Shown here in pieces: positions 12,101 to 23,579 of a stretch of DNA of 64,000 bases (its first letter is position 1; each line of letters starts with the position of its first letter). The stretch covers positions 1-64,000 of the forward strand of contig NW_027365966.1 in NCBI RefSeq assembly GCF_046119375.1, read 5' to 3'. The DNA comes from Phyllobates terribilis (taxonomy: Eukaryota). The translations under genes and the position numbers were made by a program. The notes under the pieces were generated by a model that did no database searches, was not told the DNA's origin, and saw only the letters and a program-made list of their open reading frames with translations.

Positions 12101-13646
12101 AATTCTATAACTCCCTATGTAATAAAATGAAACACAAATTTACAGTAGACAAGTATTTTGACATTTTGTTACTTAAGTTTATAAGTTAATTATTTAATCT
12201 GCACAAGTTATAACATTTAATAAAATTTACTGCGATACTGATTAAAAAATCTAGCTACGTTATAAAAAAAAACTAAATGGATTTTTATATAAGGAACATT
12301 ATTAGGATAATGCTTCTCAATGGATAATGCATCTCCTAATATAAAAAAAATCAAAGTGTATTAGAAGAACCTTATAAACCTCACAAATTCCGACTTTACG
12401 AAATTTAGCATATTCGGTCCTACAAACCTACAAAATCATAGAAACAATTAAAAAATCATATATTTCTTTACACCCAAAAGAAGCAGTAGAATTAAAATTG
12501 AACCTTGCAATATTTTTCACAAGGAAGACCCTTTAGTCAGGATTACACAAACTCAGCCCTTGCCCTGAAGGAGGATGTTCCTAGAAGTCAGAATAGGTTC
12601 TAGTGGATAAAATATGCAAAGTTATACTCTTGATGTCAAAACTGCTGATATAGGCTTTTCTTGTTACTAAGCAGCAATAAGCATAGAATGGCAAAAATAG
12701 GATAGTATTATGATATCACGTACATGAATGGATCACACTCTCACATCAAACCAATTATAATCACTAACGCGTGGAATCAGTCCTCTGCTCTAATTAACTG
12801 GACATTAAAGGAACTAACCACCCAGTCAAGACCAACAAAATCTAAACTTGAGCCATGGAACTTATAGAATTGTGAAACTGAAGCAAAAGTGAAACTTAAA
12901 CTAGTCGTTAGTGGGTAGTGAATTAGGTTTGCTTAAATTGAAATTGAAACAAACCTAAATTATAGTCAAATCATAAGATTGTTTGCTTACACTCAGTAGT
13001 GAAATTAAAACAAGTCATAAGATCTGAACTTAAAGTCAAATCCCTAGATTGGTTACTCAATGAATTTGTTTCAATTTAAACAAGAGAGGTCGTGAAATTC
13101 AAGCCGGATTGAAATTAAAACAAAAAGTAAAACAAGTAAGTAAAGAGCTAGGGAATTTACGATCAAGACAAATTGAAGCAGAACAATCTCTATTAGGGTC
13201 GATTTTCACCAGCGATTTTTCTAGGGTTCTAAAGCTAGAAGAAGACTTCAGGACTTTAACAATGGAGATCTTTTGTGAGCAAAAGAACTTCATGTTTTTT
13301 GGAGCGGCATGGTTTTGTGAATGGGAGGGAAGAATACCTAAGAGTATGGCTCTTGAAAGATTAAATAATTATTTTAAATAAACATTTCTGAATACTTTTA
13401 ACAACAACATTCATAAGAGATGTTGTCTTAATAGACAACGTTTATAAATGAACCGTTATTCGCGTTTCCAAAAACAAATCCAAGACAACGATTGTGTGTT
13501 TAATTGTTGTCTCTTGTTGTAAAAACATATCAAAGACAATGGTTGTTTAAATAACCGTTGTCCGTGTTTGTAATTCATAAATATACAACTATATTTTCTG
13601 AACCGTTTTCTATGTGGCGTATTCTATTAATCATTTTGTACTAGTG
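9177..13646 (-). mobile_element. Non-autonomous CACTA element (4.47 kb)
   Basis: Termini CACTAGTA (9177) and TACTAGTG (ends 13646). Subterminal AGACAACGGTT/AACCGTTGTC repeats at both ends. TSD ACG/AAG (one mismatch); removing the element and one TSD copy restores the flanking AAAACGAAGCCC repeat. Confidence 0.85.
9618..10509 (+). mobile_element. 5'-truncated L1-type LINE tail (zf-RVT C-terminus, GT-rich 3' UTR, poly-A) inside the CACTA
   Basis: RLSTYDRLLFL...C.AGLETHDRLFFECPFS..IW...Y.IWRARN; poly-A 10498-10509. Clearly homologous to the 3' part of the LINE at 31257-34388. Confidence 0.85.
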
Positions 13647-14005
13647 AAGAAGCCCATTATAACTCACACTCAAGCAAAACGAAGCCCAATATGGCAAATG
13701 GGCTAATAACTAAGCCCTACTTTGAAGAGTATCATCAATTTACCCTTTGATTCCAAAATGCAATTCATCCATATTGAAATGTAGCTATCATAGATGTGAC
13801 CTTACAATGCAGTGTTCCATCATGCTTTGCAGCTTAAGACCCGTGCATCTGTCTCCTCGAATCTTGAAAAAAATATATAGAATTGCATGTGAGTTGTACT
13901 CTTGCTGTAACCCATCTCTCCATCCAAATTCGGCTATAAATGCCCTGGCCGTGGAAGAGCAATCTCATCCCAAAATAACAATTCCCTTTCTCATTTTGTT
14001 GTGTG

Positions 14006-14600
14006 ATGAATATTGATAGGGTGTCTTTCAGGTATCATGATGGTACGGTTTACCACTGTTACTTCACTTTTAACAACAATGGGAGCAACATGCGTCCAAT
14101 ACCAACATGGACGACGTCAACCATTGCGGAGCAAGTCTATGGAGTTCCGCAAACTGAGGTAAACTTTAAATTTGTGTTAATTACTAAGAATATTTATAAA
14201 CTACATCACTAACAAGCCTTATTGTGTCACATGAACAATTTGCAACATATGACTTTAATCATCATCATGATGATACTCTGCTTGTTTACACTATGTACTA
14301 CATTTGAACAAATCCCGGGTGCACAGAGATGGACTAGGACATTATATCGGAATAGTTCAACTAGGCAACTAGAATAGGAGAAACCCCATGGGTATTGAGG
14401 TTAAGGTTTGACATGTTGAAACACATGTATGCTGATTAAACAAGGTTCTTAAGGGATTATCCTGGTCCACACGATCCTATTGTTGATGACGAATGGTGGT
14501 CAATAACTTGTCCCCCGGAATTTGAGAAATTCAGGGATCATCCAGTGCATTCCACCACGGTTGGGCTCCTAGCTCGCATCCCTACCAACTTTATCGGGTG
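14006..14600 (+). pseudogene. Unknown small spliced gene remnant inside the MULE
   Basis: TATAAAT at ~13936, then ATG 14006 with a 51-codon exon ending at a GT donor (14158/14159). A later exon-like open stretch reads LRDYPGPHDPIVDDEWWSITCPPEFEKFRDHPVHSTTVGLLARIPTNFIG*. No family recognised. Confidence 0.35.
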
Positions 14601-14885
14601 AACGTCACATTTGTCTACTACCGGGCGGATATTAGTATTATGTTGTTGAGTTGTGTTGTGTTGTATTTCATTTTTCTTTCATGTATCGTGTGTAACTTTA
14701 TGTAGTTTATGTTGGTTCTATGTATCGTTCAACGTTTTCTATGTCAGTGGTAATGTCGTATGTTATTTGTGATATGTTGCATGAGTTCTTAATGCAATGA
14801 TTCTATTAGTTCAAAAGACGAAAAACATGACAATTCCATAAGAAAGCTTACAAGTTACAAATTGAATAACTAAATATTTTGACAA

Positions 14886-17375
14886 TCACGGATAGTCATA
14901 TAGAGACATGTCTTGGATACTGTTATGAATGGCCTCCCACATGCCCCGAGGCGGGTACTCTGCTTCCTCGTAGTATGGCATAAGGTAACCCTTTACTCGT
15001 TTCATGCACTGAAAGAATATCGAAACACATTTTATGTCAGTGATGTATATTACTCGTTACAAATCATAAGACATTAAAGAATTTCTTACCATCCCAAGTT
15101 CCTCTGCGTAGGGGAATTATTTCCGGGTGGGTGCACTCCAAATACCATTCCATGTAGTCGTCGGTCACCTCGTACCCATTGATAGTCAGTGGACCCATAT
15201 CGTCAAGTGGTATCATGTGGAACTGTTGTGCATCCCACACCTATTGTGTGGTTATGTAGTCCACCTTGTAGCTTTGTATGTTCCTCGGCCGGATGGCTCT
15301 AGTGGGTGCAATTAAAGGTGCCAGAATCTTTTGGCCTATCCCGAACTGCCTCGACACTCGATCTGGCATGTACTGTTCGGTGACATCGTGAGCGAAGCCC
15401 AACACACCATGAAATAGCGATGGTGCGATGGCCTCCTCATCAAAGTCCAGAAGTCCGTAAGGCAGCCATTTAACCTAAATAGGAATATAAGTTTCAAAAT
15501 AACCCTACACTATAAAATAGACATCGGCATAAACAAAATTTTCTTAGTATACAACACGTACATTGGACTCTGTCATGGCATCAAGCTCAGTCCTGTAGTT
15601 TCTCCCATCACCCAACAAAGCATTCGGGCCCACATCATGGCTAAAGGTCGCCCACCTCCCCCACCGACTGTGTTGTGGCCTCAACGTCGAGAAGTACGCG
15701 TATATCCAGCTCTGCATATTATGTTTAAATCATTTCCATAGCTACGTTAAAGATAAATACAATATTTAATTAAGACACAATTACTTACCATGAAGAGTGT
15801 ATAGCACGCTGAAACCTGCTTACACCCAGCCCGGATGCCTTTCCCAGCTCCCGATACGTGGAAGCGAGTAGACCGGCACCCCATGCCCACTCTCCACCTC
15901 ATCCAAGTCCCAGAAAAAGACTATGTTGGACAGTGAAATCTTGTCCTGTGACCTATCCGGGAACAGGGTACTACAAAAAGATGGAGTAGATACCCCGTGG
16001 CCACTACATGAGGGGTGGCAGTTACGACTTGAAGGTTATTACATCTATCCTTCAATGTCATGTGAGAGACAACATATTCTCTCCCAGGCAGGCCCAAATA
16101 TGCCTTCACGTCGGCCATCTTCTTGCCAAGATCGATAGTCTTCCCCATTAGGTGTTGCTGCTCAGTGTCCCCCATCCCCTTGCCACGTATCGGGAGCTTC
16201 ATTTGTTGATAAACATCGTGCATGGTGATTGTCATCTCACCAAAAGGTAGGTGAAATGAATTCATCTCCGGCTGCCACCTCTCCACGAACGCCATGAACA
16301 GGTCCATATCCACGTGCTCATATATGAAGTCCGGGATATGAGCAAGTCCGACATCGAAAGCAACTATCGACATAGGCATCCCGAGGGCTGGGGTCCAAGC
16401 TCGCATAACCTTGTGCCGGAACTGAAAATTGCATGTGCGACTCTACAACATTAATTTAAATGTAGTGCGAGAACATCATATCGGAACTTAAAGACATTTC
16501 ATAAAACATATAACTTACCTTGCCCCGGTATATGTCGTATGCAACGTGGGCAGGGAACCCACCAAGCAACTCAGGGTTATTTGGGCTACCACTGACCCCT
16601 ATGGTCATGTAGGGATCCACGGTGATGGCCCTGCTACCCCCTTACTTACAACCCCCTTGACACCCTCTTCGTCTCGTGGGGCGTTCCACGGTCTTTGCCC
16701 CCTCCACTCACCCTACAAAACATATTTAATATTGAAACAACCATAATCTGATTTATTAAACCTAACTTATAATAATCAATATTGTGGTTTATTATACATA
16801 CATGCACATGAGGCTCTTCCTCAAATGCCTCTTCTTCCATAGGCCCCCCATACCCAAAGGTGGAATAATCGGCTTGATGGCGTTCATGGTCACCACCATA
16901 GTACGTTTGTGACCCACCGCCGTAATGGTAGTCTGACCCACCACCGTAATGGTATTCGGACCCATCGCCTTGGTGGTATTCGGACCCACAACCCATCTGT
17001 TGCTCACCGTAGTACCCCAACAACAACTGATGGGTTAGACGAAGCATCTCCCATGTACTCATCGCCCCCACACCCAAGACGGAATGTCGTGAGCTGGATT
17101 CCACCAGGTGCATAGGATAAGGGTACAGAGGGTCTTCTGATTGTCAAGGTCTCCCCTCACCTGAGACAGAATGTCTCGATGGCGTGTATGTGGCAGAGGC
17201 GGCGCTCGCTTCTGCCCCCGCTTCTTCTTCCGAGCAACTCTACTACCCAACTCCATTTCGGCTCTGGCTGCCTCCTCTGCATACAAATGCACAACCTCCT
17301 CATCATATCTGACGACATCCCTTTTATGGTGTCGTGCCGATCTGGACCCATAGCGCCTCCAACCTTCTTCGCCAT
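14886..17375 (-). pseudogene. Aminotransferase-like plant mobile domain (PMD; MAIN/MAIL-like) gene, spliced, disrupted
   Basis: GSPNNPELLGGFPAHVAYDIY.G | ...LFMAFVERWQPEMNSFHLPFGEMTITMHDV...LPI.G (PMD signature); later VAHDVTEQYMPDRVSRQFG. GT-AG introns (e.g. 16444-16517); in-frame stops. Confidence 0.85.
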
Positions 17376-18589
17376 CTTCTTGATACGGTCCTGCAGACAC
17401 AACATTACAATATAAATGACTTTTAAATAAACTAACCATACATTTACATCAATTAACTAAAAAACTTCATTACAATCAACCCAAAGTTGCAATTATCTTC
17501 ACAAACTGGTCGTGACGGGCATGACAAGCACACTCGTGACGAGTTACCTGCACAGTGCTCGTCACGTCATGACCCAAGGAGGCAGTGTAGTCCTGAATTT
17601 CAGAGGATATACTGCCTACCCAACCTCAAATGGCAGCCACATTCAACATTCAACATTCAACATTTAACATTCAAAACTGTTTTTCTACTAATTCAACACT
17701 CAAAACTACATAAATATTAAATCCAACTAGCAAACTCATTACTAAGATAATTTTCAACCTAAACCGTATTAAACCGCTTATATAACTAAAATCACCATAA
17801 ATATCAATAAATCAACTATAGAATGTAATTAAATCAAATTATTTTACCTAAATACCTACAAATTCTACAAAAAATTACAACAATTTATACAAAATACTTA
17901 TACAACCAAATATCTACTAAATCAATACTACAACTACAATCAACATAAATATCAACATTTTAACCATATAATGTAATTAAATCAAATTATTTAACCTAAA
18001 TACCTAAAAATTCTACCAAAACTTACAACAATTCATACAAAATTACTTATACAACCAAACATCTACTAAATCAATACTACAACTAAAATCTCCATATATA
18101 TATATATCAACATCTGAACCATAGAATGTAATTAAATCACATTATTTTAACTAATTAACTTCAATAACTACTAAATCTTCCAATAATCCAACCAAAAAAC
18201 TTACAGAACCAAATATCTTCTTAATCACTAAAACAATTCAAATCTTCCAAGATTTCAACAATAGAATGCATTTATATCACATTATTTTAACTAAATAGTT
18301 TCAATAACTACCAAATCATCCAACAATTATGCAAAACTAGTTATAAATCTAAATATTATCAAATGATATATATAAGCTAGAAAATCAGTAACTAACCTAT
18401 CGACTTCAATTAGGATGTTTAGGATCGAAGAACAACCAATCGAGAAGCCTAATAAGCCCCAGAATCATCTCAAACAATGCAAAAATGGCTTCGAATGGAA
18501 GTATATGCAGAGAGGAGGTTTGTGGAGGCGGAAGGAAAGAGATAAATGAGGGTTAGAGCCGGTTTTTGACTTTTATAACCCAAAAACCG

Positions 18590-18785
18590 CTCTTCGTCAC
18601 GAGTACGTTGGGGGTGCTCGTGACGAATGCCTTCTGGGGTGCTCGTGACGAGGAGCACTAAAAGACACGTTACGAACGCTTTAATTATGGTCGTGACTCG
18701 TGACGAGCATTTCTGTAGATGCTCGTGACGAACGTGAATGCGATAATTAATAAAGAAAATGCTGCGATAAATAACAACCACCTTT
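18590..18785. repeat. MULE right TIR / subterminal region with CTCGTGACGA motifs
   Basis: Repeated TCGTGACGA/TCGTCACGA. The end TGCGATAAATAACAA is also found at 23277-23291. Confidence 0.65.
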
Positions 18786-19121
18786 TACAAAATTTGTTTT
18801 TATAATTTCCTAAAGTATCAGAAGAATCTTTATCATTTATCAACATCAAACTAACCTCCTCTAGAAAAAGGCAAAAAAATTCTAAACCAACAGGGCCCAC
18901 ACCTCACTACTAATCTGCCAAAGGACTAAAACAAGGGGCTAACGGATAATCAACGGCCAAGATATGCACACGTCATCCCCAATAATAAGATGCGTTCTTC
19001 TTAAGAAAGACATCTACCAGTCAGTCGCCTAGCCAAGCTTCTATCTTTCAGTCTTTCCCCTCATCCATTCAACCAAATTTGATCGCCTCCCGGAGGAAAG
19101 TATAATCTAGAGAAGGCAAAG

Positions 19122-21699
19122 ATGATCCGCTATGGCGTAGGTACATGTTTGATTTTTCTCGCAATCTTCAGCTCGGTCGTCGATTGTCGCAAAATCGTTG
19201 ACGGCGCCGACGACCTTCTCAGGTTGCCTTCTGATCGGTCTCCTTTCCTCGACCGATTCTTTCCCCGCGGTGATGTCGGCGATGACGAAGATGTCGTCGG
19301 AACTAGATGGGCGGTTCTAATTGCTGGATCGAACGGTTATTGGAATTATAGGCACCAGGTGAGTAATTGTTGAAATCCCTCTTTTGTGCTCTTTCCCCCT
19401 CCGATGGTGGAACTGTAATAAATAATGGCGTAAGATGCATATGAGACATTGAAAAGGAGGGGGATGAGTGATGATGAAGAGTAAAGTTATGTATTTGCTT
19501 ATATTATCATCTGGATGGTATTAGCCTTTTATACAAGCATAATTTTTGTGTGTGTGTGCTTTTGTTCTCTTATCTGCTATGAAATTCATATGTTATATTT
19601 GGTCAACTTGCCATGTTAATATTTTCTTGTATACAGGCTGATGTCTGTCATGCTTATCAAGTACTAAAGAAGGGTGGTTTGAAAGATGAAAACATAGTAG
19701 TATTCATGTACGATGACATAGCTAATCACGAAGAGAACCCTCGACAAGGAGTCATCATCAACAGTCCTCATGGGCAAGATGTTTATGCTGGAGTACCTAA
19801 GGTGTTTGATCAGCTAAAAATTATTCAAGTTCTACACACTTTTTGTGTGCTAAACTAGTTATCAACTTATAAATGGCTGTTACCAGGATTACACTGGAGA
19901 AGATGTGACCGTAAATAATTTCTTGGCTGCAATACTTGGTAACAAGTCTGCTCTTACTGGAGGTAGCGGTAAGGTAGTTGATAGCGGCCCTAATGATCAT
20001 ATCTTCATCTATTACACGGACCATGGTGGTCCTGGAGTTCTTGGTTAGTTTTTGAATATAGAAATTCATTGTTCATGTCTAGATTGTATTCCGATATCAA
20101 ATATTAAGAGTTTTGTTTTCAGGGATGCCAACATATCCTTACCTTATGCTGATGATCTGGTTGACACCTTGAAGCAAAAACATGCTGCTGGCAGTTATAA
20201 GAGCTTGGTAAGCATGCTTATCACAGATTTGTCTAAGCTTTCATCATTAAATTCTAATCAGCTCATATTTTGTATCCCATGATAGGTCTTTATCTTGAAG
20301 CCTGTGAATCAGGAAGCCATCTTTTGAAGGTCTTCTTCCCGAAGGGCTAAATATATATGCCACTACTGCTTCAAATGCTGAAGAAAGCAGTTGGGAACTT
20401 ATTGCCCGGGCGAATATCCCAGTCCTCCTCCTGAGTTTGAAACTTGTTTAGGTGACCTCTACAGCGTTGCTTGGATGGAGGACAGGTATAAATCCAAAGA
20501 TATATTCTTAATTTCCTCATCTGTATAATGTATATAAGAAACTCTGCATAATTTGTTAATATCCTATCTTTTAAATGAACAGTGAGCAACATAATCTGCA
20601 ATCAGAAACTCTGCATCAACAGTATGAACTGGTATGTTTCATGTCTACTGATGCATTTCTAACCATTTGAGCTGCAATGTATTTCCATGGAAGTTCTCAG
20701 TTTGAATTTGAAGTTTCTGATACAAACCCAGAATATCTAATTTCATATTCCTAATTAGTTTGTTTGATTTCTCAGCCATTAGTCAGTCTAAGCCAGTTGT
20801 TGAAAGGGTCAATAGTCAGTTATTTACATTTAGAGCAACATCTGTGGGTTTATCAGTTTGTTATCAGATTTGTGAAGGAATTGAATATAGAAAATTGGAG
20901 ATTCTCCTGAATTTCCTAAATGTTAGATTCTCTGTGGGTTTATCAGGTTAAGAGGAGGACTTCAAGTGACAATTCAGCTTACGGCTCTCATGTAATGCAA
21001 TTTGGTGATATAGAGCTCAGCAAAGAAACACTGTTCTTGTACATGGGTACAGACCCTGCTAACGAAAAACTACACTTACATTGATGAGAAATTCATTAAG
21101 ACCAGATCATCACACGCCACTAACCAGCGTGATGCAGATCTTCTTCATTTCTGGGACAAGGTACTACGTTCTACATTCTCCTCTCATTCTGATTAATAAT
21201 ACCAAAATCAACTTATATTTCTTTTCCTTTTCCAGTTCCGAAAAGCGCCTGAAGGCTCATTGAGAAAGATTGAAGCACAAAAGCAAGTATTAGAAGCAAT
21301 GTCTCACAGAGTGCATATAGATGAAAATATTAAACTCGTAGCCAAGCTTCTCTTTGGTATTGAAAAGGGTCCAGAGGTGATTCACGCCGTACGCCCTTCA
21401 GGGCAACCCCTTGTTGATGACTGGAATTGCTTGAGACAGCTGGTAATGTAATTTTTTTATCATTAAACAGTAATTTTACCATAATTGAATGAAATTGTGA
21501 TCATTTTTTGATTCAGGTGAGGGCTTTTGAGACACATTGTGGTTCGCTTTCTCAATATGGGATGAAGCATATGCGGTCTATAGCTAATATGTGTAACGCA
21601 GGGATCGCAAAGGATCAAATGGCTGAAGCATCAGCTCAGGCTTGCCCTAGTATTCCTTCGGGCCCATGGAGCTCTCTTCACAAGGGCTTCATTGCTTAA
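19122..21699 (+). CDS. VPE: Vacuolar processing enzyme (legumain / asparaginyl endopeptidase, peptidase C13); 9 exons; several single-base homopolymer indels as assembled
   Basis: Exons 19122-19358, 19637-19801, 19887-20043, 20123-20207, 20286-20485, 20583-20631, 20947-21160, 21236-21442, 21517-21699, all GT-AG. Motifs [39 protein letters not shown] (catalytic His), LEACESGS (catalytic Cys), [18 protein letters not shown]. The literal sequence has frameshifts in exons 4, 5 and 7. Confidence 0.95.
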
Positions 21700-22353
21700 T
21701 CTGAATACCCAAACTTGGGTTCTGTTTGGATGTTGTTTGTATATATGGATCTGTTATAAATTTCTAACCTTTTGGATCTGAAGAATGCGGTGTAAGATGC
21801 CCAGAATGTATCATATTATCAAATGTAAAGCATTTGCCAATCACATTGAAACTTTACTGCCGTGTGTTATGTGTTGTGGATGGCAATATATATCAGTTGT
21901 AAAAACTTGTATGAGATTGAAGATGTTGCACCTTTTTTAATATTATTCTCGAATAGTAACACCAAAGTTAATATATTAAAATATATGTTCTTTAGTCGAG
22001 ATGTCAGATTCATTCATGACACATTCTTTGTTGTCGGTTAGTACATTATTTCCTTCAGTTTTGTTGGTATTCAATTTTGTCAAGATTGGAGCGTACATAG
22101 ATTGGGTTCTTGATTGAACTTAGATTCAAGTAGAAGAAACCAAAAACAGACAAAAATGTCCCAATATATATGTAACGTCATACTAATGTTTAAGGTGCAT
22201 TATGTCCACGCAATTGTTTGTACGCAATGCTTTCATTGTGTGAACCGGACAAATTCTCGGATTCTATTAATTGACAACAGTCCATGACCCCATGTTGTCC
22301 AATTAAGCCACCGAGAAATTTCCAAAATATCAGTGATAAATTTAATACGGGCC

Positions 22354-23290
22354 GGCTAAATATCGCATCAACTGTTTGCTATCCATCGCACAATGACGGG
22401 TCGTTTTTTTTTTCCGTTTTCAAGTAGAATGGAATTCGAACCCTCGCTTGGCTGAGAGTTCATTTCATGGTGGCACGTCACGAATGATCCAAGCATGGCT
22501 CGTGACGAGTGGCACCTCGTCGGCTCATCACGGATGAGTAGGGTGTCGTTCGTCACGGTGATACGAGCATGGCTCATGACGAGGCAAGCTGAAATGTGTT
22601 TGGAGGGGTTTTAGGCAAGCTGAGATGATAGCCGCTTGTCACGAGTGAGAAGAGGGCCACTCGTCACGAGTGAGACGAGGCAAGCTGAAATGTGTTTGGT
22701 TTAAAATGATTATTTATGCATTTTTTGATATTTTCTACGGGTCAACGCAGGAAATGCTGAAAACCTGCGTCCGGGATCAGAATTCTTATTATTATACCTT
22801 TCCCGATAGGGATTCACGCCACGGTCAAGAATCATGCTATGAGCTCTTGGCATCAGAGCAATTTAAGCTTGTCTCGGGCCTCAAAAGGGACTTTTAAGTT
22901 TCTCGTGTAATTTCGGGCTTTTTCTATTTTACCTAAATTTCATACTAGGATTTATATCAGTATTTAAAGACTTTCTATGATGTACCTGTCACTTATCTTT
23001 TACTCAATAATCAAATTCGAGGGTTTTCTCTCTTCTGGTGGATTCCAAGGTTGTTTAAACTCATTCGGCAGGATAAAAACATTATTTAAATGAATGAACC
23101 GGTTTGTATTGATAAACCAATGCAGCCTCGTCTCACTCGTGACGAGTGGCCCTCTTCTCACTCGTGACAAGCGGCTATCATCTCACTCGTGACGAATGAC
23201 CCACCTCTCACTTGTGACGAGCGACCCTCATCTCACTCGTGACGAACCGAGATGCGACGATTAGCAAAAAGCATTATGCGATAAATAACA
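22354..23290. mobile_element. Non-autonomous Mutator-like MITE with long TIRs rich in CTCGTGACGA
   Basis: Ends GGCTAAATATCGCA and TGCGATAAATAACA. ~22620-22682 is an essentially perfect inverted copy of ~23122-23184. TSD not recognised. Confidence 0.75.
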
Positions 23291-23579
23291 ATGACCATTT
23301 AATATTATCAGGTATACCACAGGTCCACAGTGCTTTCTCTTTTCCATTCTCATGAGTATCTACTAAACAATGCTTAAACGGATAGAAGAATTGAACAAGC
23401 ATTACCATTATGAAGAACTCAAAAAATTACACAAATGTAGATTTAGTGATAAATAATGAAGCTTTTACAAACAAACAAAGCACCTCAAAACCCTATGCAT
23501 CATACTATTAGCTGTATATGAATCTCCCAATCAAGAAGATAAATAAACCTACACCAAACAAGCCGCAAACCATCAAAAT

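Larger units (their letters stand above)
5690..18785 (+). mobile_element. Mutator-like element with transposase-OTU gene (+), unknown gene (+) and PMD gene (-); left end not recognisable; interrupted by a CACTA
   Basis: MULE transposase 5888-9029 and PMD gene 14886-17375 converge. The right TIR-like region 18590-18785 (CTCGTGACGA repeats, ending TGCGATAAATAACAAC) resembles the ends of the MITE at 22354-23290. Sequence either side of the CACTA insertion is collinear (same ~32-bp GAAGCCCATTA repeat). Treating it all as one element is an inference. Confidence 0.6.

Noticed and set aside
13099-13381. ORFs of 64 aa and 90 aa in the non-autonomous CACTA
   Set aside because: No recognisable domain; consistent with chance ORFs in the element's leader.
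5690-23290. An existing composite or Pack-MULE that already carries VPE
   Set aside because: No left TIR or shared TSD found. VPE keeps a full native exon structure next to other host genes.
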